Below the pieces are notes generated by a model that saw nothing but the letters and a program-made list of their open reading frames with translations, was not told the DNA's origin and did not search any database. Below, piece by piece: positions 12,577 through 26,229 of a stretch of DNA of 64,000 bases; the first letter of the stretch is position 1; every line of letters begins with the position of its first letter. A program made the translations under genes and the position numbers. Source of the stretch: Octopus sinensis (Eukaryota); assembly GCF_006345805.1 (NCBI RefSeq), contig NW_021832436.1, positions 62,001 through 126,000 of the forward strand, given 5' to 3'.

Positions 12577-12797
12577 CAGTGATTCTCATGTGTGCTCCCT
12601 AAGGCCACAGGTGGCCTCTAGGATTCAATTGTGACTCCTTTGTTTTTATAATTATTTTATTTTTGCGCACTTCAACTATAGTAAAATTAAACCTAATTTT
12701 GATTTTTTAAGTAATAAATAATTGTTAAAAAATACTGGCGGCTCTGTAAATTTTTTTATGTTTGTGGTCACTGATTAAAAAAGCTTGAAAATTACTG
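12577..12797. mobile_element. second, inverted copy of the hAT-type MITE
   Basis: Begins CAGTGATTCTCA and ends TTGAAAATTACTG; about 140 nt aligns in reverse with 8630-8770; TSD not preserved. Confidence 0.7.
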
Positions 12798-13390
12798 ACG
12801 CTATTACATAAACTCAATATTTCAAGTTTAAAATATTTAAAAAAGAAATTATTTTTTAATCTACCAATCTTCAAACCATTTGAATTCAAATTTAATGTAT
12901 TTTTTGTTTTATATTTGATAAAAACATTAACAACATGTTGATTAGTGAGGTTTAGCTTTTCAAATTGTTTTTTTGATATTTGTTCTTGTTCAATGAATAT
13001 TTTAAAATGAATTTGAATAAAGGTTTATCATGCCAGACCATTTTTATAATATTTTGGTCTCTTCTGTTCATTTTAAGTGAATAAATAATATACACTCTAA
13101 GTATATTGTATAAATGAATGAAAATAATGCTCCAGGGATACCATACCTAGTTCTAACCATAATCAAACCGCACAATTCACCAAATAAAATGTGGTTAATT
13201 TGAATTAATAAAAGTGATTAAATTATCACGTTAGATGAGAAAGAAAACACATAATCCAGATAATATAAAGTTATCTAATCCAAAAAATATAGTTTCCCGG
13301 AGTATTCGGCATTATTAGAAAAACCAACTTATAATGAATTTTACCATTACAAAAAGAAAGAAAATCAAAATATTTAGTAAAAAATTACAT

Positions 13391-14460
13391 TCAACTTTTC
13401 TTACGCTGAGTAAGGACTACCACCGTCACTATAATTCCAACAGCGAGCAGTAAGATGACGATGCAAATAATCTTTTTCTGAGGAATGAATGAAGAAAAGA
13501 AACCCTTCGAGCACTTATTTGAAATGCGACTGCCTGTTTAGTATTTTCCTTGGCGGTTGCAACATAGTTGACAGTTGCATCCAAGTGGTGGCTAATTAGA
13601 TCGATCACTTCGCCCTACTTGTGAAAACTCGACAATAATAAACCTGATCCTCAATAAGCTGAGCAATGTCGGAGAAAAGCACAGCCATTTCATTTATGCT
13701 CTTTTCTAATCGCAAAATCTCATTCTGACGGGCTATCACTGCATCGAGGTATATTTGGTCTCTGTCCATTACAATCCCCTGGGTGAAAAGCATTGGATTG
13801 CCCGACTGGATCATTTCTTCGAGTACTTCCTCGCTTACAGTTTTCCCGGCTATGTTTATTATTCAGGACACACTTATTTGGAGTTGTCGTTGGATTTGTT
13901 TTTTGCACTTGTCGCGATACTCCACCTGCGCCGCGTTGTACGAGTTCATCAAATCGAGGAAGTGGTTGGATGTAGAGAAATGCTACTTTGCTGTGGGGAG
14001 AAACTAACTTGAGTCTTTTTAATGCGAAAGTTAGTCGAAGTAGGATTCGTCGCCTCTTCTTCCTGTACTTGCGCAGACATGGCTAAAATAGTCAATATTC
14101 ACTACTTTTTAGACTGTTCTTGACTTTATTGGCTGTGGATTTTACTTCGGCCATCATTTCCTCTAGTCTGGAAGCGTTTTCTTTACAAGTTAATCAACTT
14201 CGCTAACCTCCATCCTTTTCACTCGAGGTTAATATCTCTTTGTGAAACTTTTTAATATTCTCAATGCAAGCCTCCATACTGTCCAGCAGATTTCGACATG
14301 TCTTCAGCTTGAGACATCGTATGTTGTAATCAAACCTCTGCAAAAAATTCTCTCATATCGGGAGTTGTCTCTGGTTCTGCCACTTGCATGAATGGATTTT
14401 TAGATTCCTGCGATAAATTTTAACAAATACATTTAAGTCGTGAAGTCTATCTCTCCCCAT
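13391..14460 (-). CDS. plasma-membrane syntaxin (syntaxin-1-like Qa-SNARE)
   Basis: MGRDRLHDL N-peptide; Habc ..KKTQHFSTSNHFLDLMNSYNAAQVEYRDKCKKQIQRQLQI; SNARE RQNEILRLEKSINEMAVLFSDIAQLIEDQGEVID; C-terminal TM KKIICIVILLLAVGIIVTVVVL; 7 short introns. Confidence 0.9.
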
Positions 14461-15438
14461 TAAAATTGATCACCTCAATGTAAATTAAAATACTACTTTT
14501 ATTTTACCAAAATTTAGTTATATTTATAGATTATAATTATTCTTAATGAACTTTAAATAATACATTTAATTTTCAGAAGAAATATTTGTAATTATTTTTG
14601 TTGAAATCAGTCGCTGTCTGTTTTTTCAGGTTAACAAACTAACAGTGACTTTAATATCCAGGAATAAAAATGCTGTTCTGACAAAAAATTGGATATTCCT
14701 GGTACTGACAAATTAATCATAAATACTCGAAACTAATTTATTGAAGAAGCTTAAACTCTTCGATAAAGAAATATCTTAACAAAAAAAGCCATAACACAGA
14801 AAACCAAGACAAGTTCTTGTTCAAGTGCTGGCTACTCGCAACTTTTTCATCAATTAGCAAATTTGTTTTATGGCGTCACTGATAGCTATGTTGCATTTCG
14901 TTTTTATCTTATTAACACCAAACTTTTTGAGTCAGCAAAGTTGTTAATTTCTTTGGCAAAATTTTACAAGTTTCATTTTGAACTTAGCAAAGTATTTCAT
15001 TTATTTAGACTGGCTAAGTATAATGAATTTTCACGTAGTTATTTTATACAACTCTCTTCTATAATTATGTTGATTTTTTAGTGTTTGACAAACCTGGCAC
15101 TTACAAAAAATGAGATAAATTAAAAACGGACTTAGTTACGGACCACATTTGAAGCGATAAATCATAGATAAATTTAATACAAAGTGTTTAAATAGAGATT
15201 GATTTTTAGCCGAAAAAGGTCGACTTGATCATTGACAAATACGTTAATTTAATTTAGTTAGCACGAATTACAATGCCAGTAGATAACCACGTAAGTATAA
15301 TTTAACAGAGAGATAGGAAGTAAATTTATTTAAACAAATTAGGCGAAAAAATCAGAACACTGAATAAAAATGTATGTCAATTAATTCATTATTCCTTTTG
15401 ATTGAAATTTACTTTTGTCTAAAAGTAAAGCAATACGA

Positions 15439-18400
15439 TTACGTGGGACTAGAATTGTCTCCATACACTACTAATATTAACTTACAAACATACCAGACCG
15501 ATACTCCTTTTGTTGACGCTTATGCATTTTCAACACTACGTCCTTAACGTCTGAATCTTCGCGCACCGACTCGGACTGCTGCTCAATAAATATATTCCCT
15601 AAATGGGTCTCGGAGTCAACAATCAAGACATGTTGCTGCAAATTTATGCTAAAAGACAAAACCTGATGCTTCTTTCCTTTCCTAGTTAGCAATTTACACT
15701 TGACTGATGAAGGATCAAACTCCTCCGAAGGACACTGGCGAATGCCTAGAGTCAAAAAAACAAATCATCACTTGATTTAACAGATAATTCGGACATTGGT
15801 AGCTTAACACGGTCCAAATTTCTGCTAAAAGAGGATTCCGAGACCATTTTGTCAAATGCTCTGACAAAATCAAAGTCATTCCGGTCATTCGCCTGACGAA
15901 TCCGTTCTACTTCGGTCTCTTGATGGCACGCGAATTCTGTAAACTGACAAACAGAACAGCTTACCTTTAAAATGATCGAATGATTTGTTATTTTGTGAAC
16001 CATTTCCGGCTAAAACATAATAAGAAAAAAGCATACAAAAATTAGCAGACAAGTGAGCAAATAGTGCATTTGAGTCTTTATCAGAGTTACAGGGAGTCAG
16101 ATTGAGAAAAGGAAAGTCGGCAACATCCCGATATATACTTAGAATATCAGAGGGGAAAGGGTTATTCTCATCCCATATCTCATCCACGTACCTTTTCCAA
16201 AAATATTTCTACTAATCAGACACACAAATCATTACTCTAAACACGACCACAAAAAATTCCAATTTTCGATCATAAGACGATAACAAATGAGCACGATCAC
16301 GAAATTGTTTGTAAATCGAATCCAAAAGTGTCGCAACCAGTCGAATCCTGAACAGACTGTCCTTCATTTGGTCAAATGTGAATGCTTTCTGAATTAGTGG
16401 ATGATCGAGGACTCCATAACTGAGAAGAGAGTAAAGAACGTTCACGATCGTATTGGAATCGACAATGCCAAATCTGTTTAGCTCTCCTAACATCTTGATC
16501 TCGGAAACTCGTCGTTGTTTCCAGGAAATATCTCGTGACTCCAAACCCAACTTAATTCCTTCTAATAATCTATCAACGACAACGACCCCAAAGTCCGATC
16601 TCTATGACCATTCATACTGTATAAAACAAACCACACAGTATTTGATAAGTCCTGCCATTATATTGGCCATGTATCGAATATTGATGTACTTTGATTTCCA
16701 AACTTCTACAAAGCAGGAGACCATAAAATTGAACGTCTATAAAAGTAAATACCAGACCTACCTCGTCGTCGGCCCAGTTATACTTAAACAACCGAGTAAG
16801 CACCTGCAAAGTCAATAAGTAAGAATAACATAATCGACGGAAAATATTTCCAAATCTGAGTAAAGTAGATTGTGAATATATTGAAATTTGGGAGAAAGCG
16901 GTTGCGTTTCTCTTTGAGTCACCACTTCTGGAGGGTTGGCACAATAGTAAGCATTTTCTATCATCACGACGTACCTCGAATCCAAATGTAGATGAGCCTT
17001 CTTCTGCATTATCCAATCCTATAGTTATGGGAAACATTATCCAACCAGATAAACTCGAGTTCGCTGGTGTGACTCAGGGTGACAATACAGGAAACGTCCG
17101 CAACTCTCTAACACAGCACAAGACATTTCGATATTGTGGTAGGAATAGTCATGAATGAGGACCTTCAGACAGTCAAGGCAATGAGCCAGCGGCATTATTC
17201 TAAACTTGGTCAGTTCGGCTACAAATAGAAAAACGAGTAATTAACCAATCAAACGGACAGTCCGGAGCTTAGATTCAATGTTAATCTGATTCTTCACTTT
17301 CATTTGCCACAAGAAGTCTTTTTTGAGATGTTCTACCAAATCCTGTCCGACATCCGGCATCACCGAGTTGAGTGACTTGACCAGACGAGAGTACAAGGGC
17401 AGTAAATCATATCTCGTACGATTCACATTAAAAATGGCCTTTGACAGTTTACGTCGGTTTGTTTTCGTATTAAAATTAATAAAAAAGTCTTCTGCGGCTT
17501 TATCCACCATTTCACGGTTTAGGCAACAAGACAGGCGAGCCAGAAAATCATTAAAACTTATTTTGATATCTACATTCCCGGATTCAAGGTCGGCCTCGGG
17601 TTTTTCTATGCAATAAATGAGATCATTACCTTCTACAGAAGTATCCAGGCATTCTTCGTCTGGTTCCTCGGACAATTCGATCGAATCATCTAATTCTATA
17701 AAATAAAAACATGAATCAACCTTCTTTTACCAATTTCTGAACTTGTCCATTGGCGACAAGCTGACTCAAATCAGGAACATCTTCGTAAAAGCTCCTAGTT
17801 TCTTCGTCGTTATACCAGAATGAGCTAAGAAAGGTCGGGCACTGCTCCGTGTCCTCCTCAATCTCACATTCCGCCGTTTTCTTAATTTCGTCGGTTTCTA
17901 AACATGTGGTCACAAATCAACTTTCATTTGGGTCAGAAAACTCAGGCATGTCCTCATCAATGTAATTCTAAGAAAGTGAATGAATGTACATACCGCAAAC
18001 ACACGACTCGTCTCGACTAGATTATCAAAGTAGTTACATTCCGACTGAACCTTCTCTAGTCTCTCGGCGGAGAGTTCTCCCCGGGTCTGTGATCATCAAA
18101 AACAGTCAAACAAAGATAATCTGAAGATTCTGTTTTCGGAGAACACATAAATCGTTGTGTTTAGAACGAATGTAATCAATCAGCGAATTAAAATATGTTT
18201 TTAGAACTGTCTGTGTCGATTGACACTTCTCAGGGGTTAGAACCTACCCATTAGTCATATAGTAAACGTACGTTCGATACTGGCAAAGTAATTCCATATT
18301 TTTCGGCTGCAAGGCGATGATTCCTACAATGAAGCCCTGGAAGATGTATCAAATCACAAACCAGCAAAATCTAGCCCACAATACTTGCAGAACGCTGACA

Positions 18401-19126
18401 GAATTGCCACGTTGTTAAACGTGGTGACGTCCATCGCCGTTATAATGTTGATCTGTCCACTGAGAAACGACAGTCCCCTCTCCCCCAAAACACCAACGAT
18501 CACCAGTTCGGCAAAGAAACGGAGATTTATGCGATAGCTGGTCGGATTTGTGATCTACCAACTGAATAAGGAATAACACCTTGTTATCCTTCCGAGACAA
18601 GAGCATCTTGGAGAAAGCATCAAACAATTGCGTGGAAAAATCATCATACCGGATATTAATTAGCGTGGACATTTCGACTGCGCTCATTACATCGTCCATC
18701 TTCCTTTTACTCTCGCATAGGGCAGCTGCCTGAAGAATATTACAATTTAGCCACCATTTCTCCGGTGTATTGACTGAGATTTAGTCCATTAAACTCATTA
18801 GTCATAGAAGGTAAGCTTGCAAGAGTGAGAGTTTTCTAATTTGCTTATATAATGAAATCATGCCAGTTTTCGAATGAATGCCCTGTTCTTTTTCATGCTC
18901 GAGTCTAGGTTGCGAAAAAACGACTCATCCGGACGACCTGAGCCTACAGAGTCGTCCCATTCGAGATAGCATACCAATAGCGGATCGGTTGGCGTTGAGT
19001 AGGTTTTGTTTGAACTGGGTTCGATCTGTTATTTCTGTAAGATAAACTTGGAGATCGTCCTATAGTCTAGATCAAAATAACTACATAATCATTTTCATTA
19101 GTTTTTAAATTTCCAATTTGAGTCAT
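15439..19126 (-). CDS. UPF2: regulator of nonsense transcripts 2 (MIF4G domains), many mini-introns
   Basis: RPDESFFRNLDSSMKKNRAFIRKL|KTLT..FNGLNLSQY; INFNTKTNRRKLSKAIFNVNRTRYDLLPLYSRLV; NQINIESKLRTVRLIG; MIENAYYCANPP; FRIRLVATLLDS; DFVRAFDKMVSES; KLLTRKGKKHQ. Confidence 0.9.
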
Positions 19127-19828
19127 TTGATTAAAAGCAGCTAATTGAACACTAGAAATGCACAAACAACGTATTACACAAATAAAATCTTTTAATTTAA
19201 TTAAGGTTTTATCGGTATTAAAAATAAAATTTTAATATATAAAATAGTTTTTTTTTAATAGCAAAAATTTCTCGTAAAAAGCCTGACGACTTATGAATTA
19301 CTCTGATTTTAAAGTCATTTTCAATTTAGTGGTTTTCATACTAAATTGTACTAGCTATAAAAATCTTATTTGTTTCAAATAACTTATCCGTTCGTAACTT
19401 AACAAAGACCATGTAAATAAAGTAGATTCGTAAAACGATTTAGTATGGGGCCATAAGCGAAGCATTTATGTAAAGATAGCTTCTGTTTCTGTGCGTTTTG
19501 TACCATTTTTTGGAAATAGATCCACAGATCGCTTATGAAATGGAAAAAAAAGGAAAACAGGAAAAGTGAATTATTCAAAATTGAGATAGGGATACACTTT
19601 TGAAGAAAGTTATGTAGGCAAAAAGCGTGTGGTGTGGGAAGTTCTGAAGCCATTTTTTGTCATCAGAGATTCCCTATTTCCAAGGGATGATTACGAATTT
19701 GCTTATGTAATTTTTACGAAGGAAAACTTATAGTCAACAATACGGGGAGGAACGCCTACTACCATAACGAACGTAAAAAGTAAGAAAAGAGCAAACAATG
19801 TATCTTTAAAGAGAGGAGAACACAAACG

Positions 19829-20884
19829 TCAGAGAAAATAATCTGGAGTCCTCCTTGTAACTAACGGTTCTCCCAGTCGAGGAGCAGGATCAAATTGAAT
19901 GCTACAAATTGAGAGAGTGACGGACGTACAACAAATCAGACATATTATCGTCAAGACACATCAAGGCGGCCTGGTTATTACACCGGTAGCAGTAGTTGGG
20001 AGCACTAAATATGGTGACCACATGGCGGTCATGACACCAGTTATACCCCTAGGAGTGAGTCAAACTGTACAACTTCCATCACTAATTGATGAGCTCGGGC
20101 TATCACCGACAAATTGTTATTGATTATAAATGATTGGGATATGTCAGGCCCAAATGTGAAACCAGCTCCTCGAGGGGATTGTCCCCAGGAGGGACTATCA
20201 TCGGGATCCGACCACAACAGATCACACATCGGTCCTTCGTGTGGGACCTCTTGAACTCTGTCTAGAGACCTAATGTTGTCCAGAGAGTCGATTGAAGGCG
20301 ACAATCCTCCATGTAAACAGAACATCTGCCAATTAGACCACGCACAAAACCTGGTCACTTATGAGAGCGGAGAGTGGCAAATAATCAAACAATTGAGTAA
20401 AATACTGCCACACTAGAGAGCTTCCGTATTTCCGTAAGCATTCGTCGTAAAAGCCATAAACCTGAGTTGTTTGTCGACTTTCGTGATTACCCCGGAGGAT
20501 GGTTATCCTGTCTGGATAGCGTACCTGGTGACAATGTGAATATACTTTGAGTGCCACAAGTAACGACAAGGTTTCCACCGAATAGTAGCCGCGGTCGACG
20601 TAATCGCCCATAAAGAGATAATTAATGTTGGGAAGCTTGCCTCCGATTTTAAAGAGTTCCATCAGGTCATAGAATTGTCCATGGATATCTCCACAGACAG
20701 TCACCGGACAAGAAACATTTTGTACGTTACTTTCGTCGCTCAAAATTTCGATTGCCTTTGCAATAAATCAATAACTGACTACTTTGGCACACAAAGCTTT
20801 CACTTGTTCTTCAGACAAATGAACACAAGAGAACAGCTGGTCTATCCAGCCGTCCAACTCCTTTAAATTCCTTGTCGATTTCAT
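19829..20884 (-). CDS. PPP2CA: serine/threonine protein phosphatase 2A catalytic subunit
   Basis: [51 protein letters not shown] and the invariant C-terminal TPDYFL. Confidence 0.95.
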
Positions 20885-20989
20885 TTTCTGATATAGGTTA
20901 ATTCACGACAAGATAAGCTCCAAGGAAACACAGCCTGTATTCAAATTATATTTAATCCAGAAATATCATCAAAATCAAATATTATAAAT

Positions 20990-22303
20990 TTAAATGAATG
21001 GAAATTACGAATATTTTCTATAAAGAACAGAAAGCTTATGAGAGATTTTCATATTCTTTTATAAGAGTGTGGAAACAAATTGAATAAACAAGTTAAACTG
21101 ATTATTGAAGATAACGGAAATATTAAGTTTGACGTAATTGCAGAAATGTTATAAGAATGAACTTATAAGAATTTTTCTATTCGAGTTGAGGTCAAGATTC
21201 TAGGAAAAAACTCCTTTGAACTACATCACTGATAATTTTGTCGGTGATTGAGAAGAGAGAATGTGAATTATTTTTTTGGTTTATTTAAGTGAATTTCTTT
21301 CATTTTTGAAAATTGTTTTGATCTTTTTTTTAATTCCTCCAATTAAATAGAGTTCTAATTACCTATATCTAAAATCTATGCAAGCTGGTTAAAAATCTGT
21401 TAGCACAAAAATCTCAGACAACATCAAGGCACGCCAATTGGTTAGTGATAACCAAGTCTACGACTCAGTAGACCACGTTTTCTTGTGACGAATCCTTAAA
21501 AAATTTAAACTTCTATTTTTAATTCAGATTTAATTGATAACAAGACTTTGAACGTCGATTGGAGAGTTAAACTAAAACATAAAGAAATTGGGAAAGTTTG
21601 AATAAAGGGGGGAATGTAGCGCGCTGTTGCCGCAAATATTCTTACATGTAATAAACCCTTTGAGTAGAATATTCCACTCAAAATATTAAAAGAACAATTA
21701 ACAGTAAAAATGATGAATCTCTTACGTACAAAAACAAATCATGTATTGTTTATAGATAATCTGATGGAATGGATGGTTATCGTGTGCACTGTACATGGAA
21801 TCCAGGTAGATTATCAGGTACATAGAAACCAATAAATAGAGAGAATTTATATTTATCAAGATATCAATAAAAACAAAGTTTGGTGTCAGGTACACAAAAA
21901 AGTAAACGAATACTTTATCAGCTTTTCAGACTTGGAGAAAAGTCATTTTGTTGTCTAAAAAACCAAATATTCGAAGTCAATGAAAAAAATTATGGCCGCA
22001 ATCGTAAAAATATCTTAAAGAAAAAATGAAAAAGTTGCAATTTGTAAGTGGCTCTGTTAAAACAAGTACAGCAAAAATACATTATTAAAAAAATCTACAT
22101 TCAATACTCTTTAATTGTTTAATAACGACCAATATGAACGTTCTTGAAACTTCAGAACAGAAGAGATCTACTCACTACAACTTCATGATGAATTGTTTGA
22201 TCATATGGGTACAAAATGTGGTCGAATGCTAATCAGTGCCTACATAGAAAGACATGATGAATTAAGAAGTGAGCAAAATACTGTCAACTCCGAGTTAAAA
22301 TAA
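20990..22303 (+). other. possible unidentified or decayed intron-rich gene between PP2A and SCAP
   Basis: Several short GT..AG segments and a final ~50-codon open stretch (FRTEEIYSLQLHDELFDHMG..ELK-stop); no complete model could be built. Confidence 0.2.
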
Positions 22304-22335
22304 ACTTTGATTAAAAATTGACTTTTACAAACAAC

Positions 22336-25300
22336 TCAAATATTTTTTTTCGTCTCAAATCGAAACATAAAAAGTTTGTCCGCACAAGAAACGACGAGTT
22401 TACTTAGAGTTTCATCACAATGGACAACATTCCGCACAAAATCTTTTTCCTCAAAATCCAAATCAAGAACACGGATGCACACTGCATCATGGGCATCCCA
22501 CACAAACAGTTTGCCATATCCTGCAGTAACAAAGAACCGGTCATCCCATACACGACACATCTGAGTATAGAAAATGCAACTAGACTGTAAGTCAGCAACT
22601 TGACATTACAATATAAATGCACTGTCTCAGACAGCATGTCGAAATTTCGGTTATACAAAGCCTGTTATCCCTTCCGCAGGACACCAACAGTTGGTTTCGA
22701 ATGATATCAACAGCTACAAAAATGAAATGTTGGAAAAAACCTACAACTGAATCGTCGTGGTAGTGCAAAAAAGCATATCCCTGACTATTGACAATGTCGC
22801 AAATATCAATCCTCCCGTCCTCATATCCTGCCGCCACGAAAATTTCGTGCGCCAAAAGGACAGAGACAGGATGACAATATTTGAATAGCACATCCGTCTC
22901 GGTAGACCGTACAATCTACAAGCTTACATGGGGGTGATTTCCTTGGTAACTGCAGAATCCCCAACCACGGCATAGTAGAGCGATGAGTAGTGGGCCACGT
23001 GCGAGATTGACTCGCTGAACAGCAGAAAGTTCTGTGTAACTTCATACCCAGCGCAGTTTTGCATTTCTACAGAATACAAAAATCAATTAACGAATATTCG
23101 ACATTGACGAGTTTTGGCAAGTGTGGAATTTGAAATTGAGGACGACGACACGGCCATTGGTGAAAACTGCGAGCAAGGATCTAAAATCAAGCATTAGGAA
23201 TACTTGTTGATGAATACAACTTTAACCACCCTGGCACGAGTACCATCGCAAAACTGATTAATCACAAACTTAAGATTTCCATCGTAAATGTTCCAGAACT
23301 ACCACTGAGAGGTGTATAATACCTCGATGTGCCCATCCCCACAACCAACTGCCAAAAGGAAATGCTTGTTTGACAGTGACATTATCCTTCGCTTTAGTCC
23401 AAAAAGAAGAAGATCGGCCAAATGTTGTGGGCGATTAAATAGTCTGAGAAGACGGTCAATAGGAACCATGTTGTACTGTCCTCCCACTATGCTGGCAGAA
23501 TAAAAAAGGTTAAATACTTATCTCGACAAATCTTAAGTATTAGTCTCGACAAAACAGAGCAATAAATCAAAATTTCATTATGAGTTGTACAAGCGACAAT
23601 AATTGAGCCAGATGAGTACAGTAAACGAATATCCTACACGTTAAACACACAATCAGACTGTAAGAGTGTCTCTTTCATGGTTGACGAAGAGATAAAAGTT
23701 TTTTTTGGAAGTAAAATCAATATCCATGATAGAATTTGTGTTGTCCGGTTTACTGAACTGGAATTGAGAGTAATTGCGAGGACAAAAGCAGTGAAAAAGG
23801 ATTCTGACAGTGTAGAAAATCACAATTATTAAAATCACCAAAATTGGAAAATGTATACTCATATCTATAGTCCCTTCCTGAACAGTAGTATTGTTTTTCT
23901 TACCTGCCAAAAGTCTTTGGTCAAGAATATTCGGTGGAAATCGCGGAACCAGTTCATTCTCCTTGGAAGATCTGATACATCTCGGGGACTAATACTGAGT
24001 GGCAAGTAGATGGAAGGGAGCACGGCAAGGTGACTAAATAAAAAAAACGAACAATACCGATTGACCAACGAGTCACCATAGTATGAGAAAAGTTTCGCGA
24101 AATGACGAGAACAAGCGCTGTTTAGACTGAGACAAGAATTTGAATCGAAATAATCCATGATCTGTGAGTAGAGGGGTCTATTGGCTTCGTAAGTGCTAAA
24201 ATATGGACTAGTTGGCAACATTCCCCTTCTTTTGTACAAGTCAAATACGTAAAACAGCGCGGAAACCGCCTTTGGATAGAATTAAACACCAACCACGAGG
24301 ACGTTCTGAAATATCCTATTTCGCGTTAGAAAATAAAGCTTCCTTTGTCTCATCGATTCGTCTAAACTGCGGATAACGGCGGGAATTGGCTGGATTGGTT
24401 TTTTAGAATATTTTGACGAAAATATACTCGTCCACTGTGTGTCCACGCAAGCAGGGAAGTCGACATTTGTCTGTGTTATGGGCGGTGTCACAGGCTGGGG
24501 TAGATCGGAATTCTCTTGTTAGACAAAAAGAAAACCTGCATCTTCCCAATGTGGTAATACAAAACAATTGTGAAAAGGGTGAATTGGAGAACGTGGTCAA
24601 TCAATATGGCGGAAATTCCGAAAATAGCGAACTGTTGCAGACTTGATGTCCAAGTGTAAATACCACAGGAAAAGAGGACGAAAATGAGAAGCATATTTAA
24701 GAAAACAGCAAACCCTTGATTACCAAGACCTATTTGTATAAGTGGCAAATATACCAATGGCAATTCGAATAGCCGGGTCAAGATTAGGAGGGGTCATGCA
24801 AACAGAAATCAAAATTGCCAACGAATTCTCCAGTCCAACGACGAGGGGAATATATTTCCAGAGTTTGCTAAAATTAATCAAAAAATCTCACAATCTCATC
24901 AAAAAATGTTCTATTCCAAAGAACGTGCAGGCAGACATGCAGAGAAAACTTGACCACAAAAGAAGCATCAACATATTCAGACTTAGAATCAACCGGGCTC
25001 GTAAGTATGGAATTTGACCTAAATATGACTCGAGACAACAACATAGTCCCAAATAGAGGAAAATGAGGATTGAGGGCAGAATGTAGAAGTAGCCGACTAT
25101 TTGGGATGGGAAGGAATGTGCGGTGAAGTACAGATGCATCCGGTACTCATCAACATCGATTATTTTGGAAAAGGAACTCAGCGATTCTCTCATCTTGGCG
25201 ACAAATCTGAAAATCTGGTATAACAAATGTCACTGTTCGTTTTCCTCGCGAAAGTAGACCGAGACAGCAAATGTGATAAGCCGAGGACGACTCCTGAATA

Positions 25301-26067
25301 AATACCGTGGAATGCCAGATTCTGTCAATGGAATCCCAAAAACAATTTCCAGGAGAGGGGAGGCAAAATGTGAGTCGTCAATCACATTATAAATTGATTT
25401 GACTGGGTCTTCGTCGGCCATTAATCTGCCAGTAATTCCTTAATTTTAACTTTTCAATATCTCCGTTCCAAAGATTAGAGGGGGACATCACAAGGCAGTC
25501 ATTAACGGGCAGAAAAGGAAATCCCGTAGAGGATTTTGTCACCTTAACACATAAGTCTTCAAACCTCAACGTTTTTCCACTATCGAATTAATCAATCTAA
25601 ATAGAACTCTACGAGGACAGAGACGTTCTTTATTTTATTGATAATGTCGAAACTAAGAGCGAGAGGATAGCGCACAGCGTCGACGGGTTCGAGATCATTG
25701 TTCCAAGGAGAGACAATGGTTCGAACGTATATTTTTTGAACGTAGGCATATGGAGTGGGTAAGCTGAGCACAACTGCCTAGAAGTAAATAGTCAAAAGCA
25801 CGACTTGTTGTGACGGACTTAGCAAAGAAATATAGTTGGAAATGCAATCGTGAGTATTACAGTCCGCGGGAGTGGGAAAACTGGTTTCTTCAAAACCAGG
25901 CGTCGAGGGATAAACGAGAAAGGGACATCTATGAAATGTTTAACACAACTTTACAGAATAACTGACGAAAGAATTAATAAAAATGCGATTGCTAGTTTTC
26001 GATTTCGAGTGACCCAAAGTCCATAATAGTAGAATGACCATCTCACAAAATTACGAAATGAACCCAT
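22336..26067 (-). CDS. SCAP: SREBP cleavage-activating protein (sterol-sensing domain + WD40)
   Basis: N-terminal SFYYYGLWVTR..TM1; CLVMSPSNLWNGDIEKL..ADEDPV; RLITFAVSVYF; SSD helices LQQFAIFGISAILIDHVLQFTLF; WD40 motifs LAVGCGDGHIEV, AAGYEDGRIDI, FVTAGYGKLFVWD. Confidence 0.85.
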
Positions 26068-26229
26068 TAATCAACAAAAATAGTTTCAAAATAGATAAAA
26101 CTTATATTCTTTAAGATTTATAAATATTTAAGATAATTAACATTCAAACGAATCCCAAGAAAGTAAAAAATAAATCAAAAAATTGCTAGATCGAGTTCTT
26201 ATTATTATGCAATCGAGCTCTTTTGGTTG

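Noticed and set aside
14863-15081. 72-aa + strand ORF between syntaxin and UPF2
   Set aside because: TTG start, AT-rich, no motif or supporting exon structure
19399-19653. 84-aa minus-strand ORF between PP2A and UPF2
   Set aside because: No recognisable domain; low-complexity T-rich codons; a competing + strand reading is equally weak
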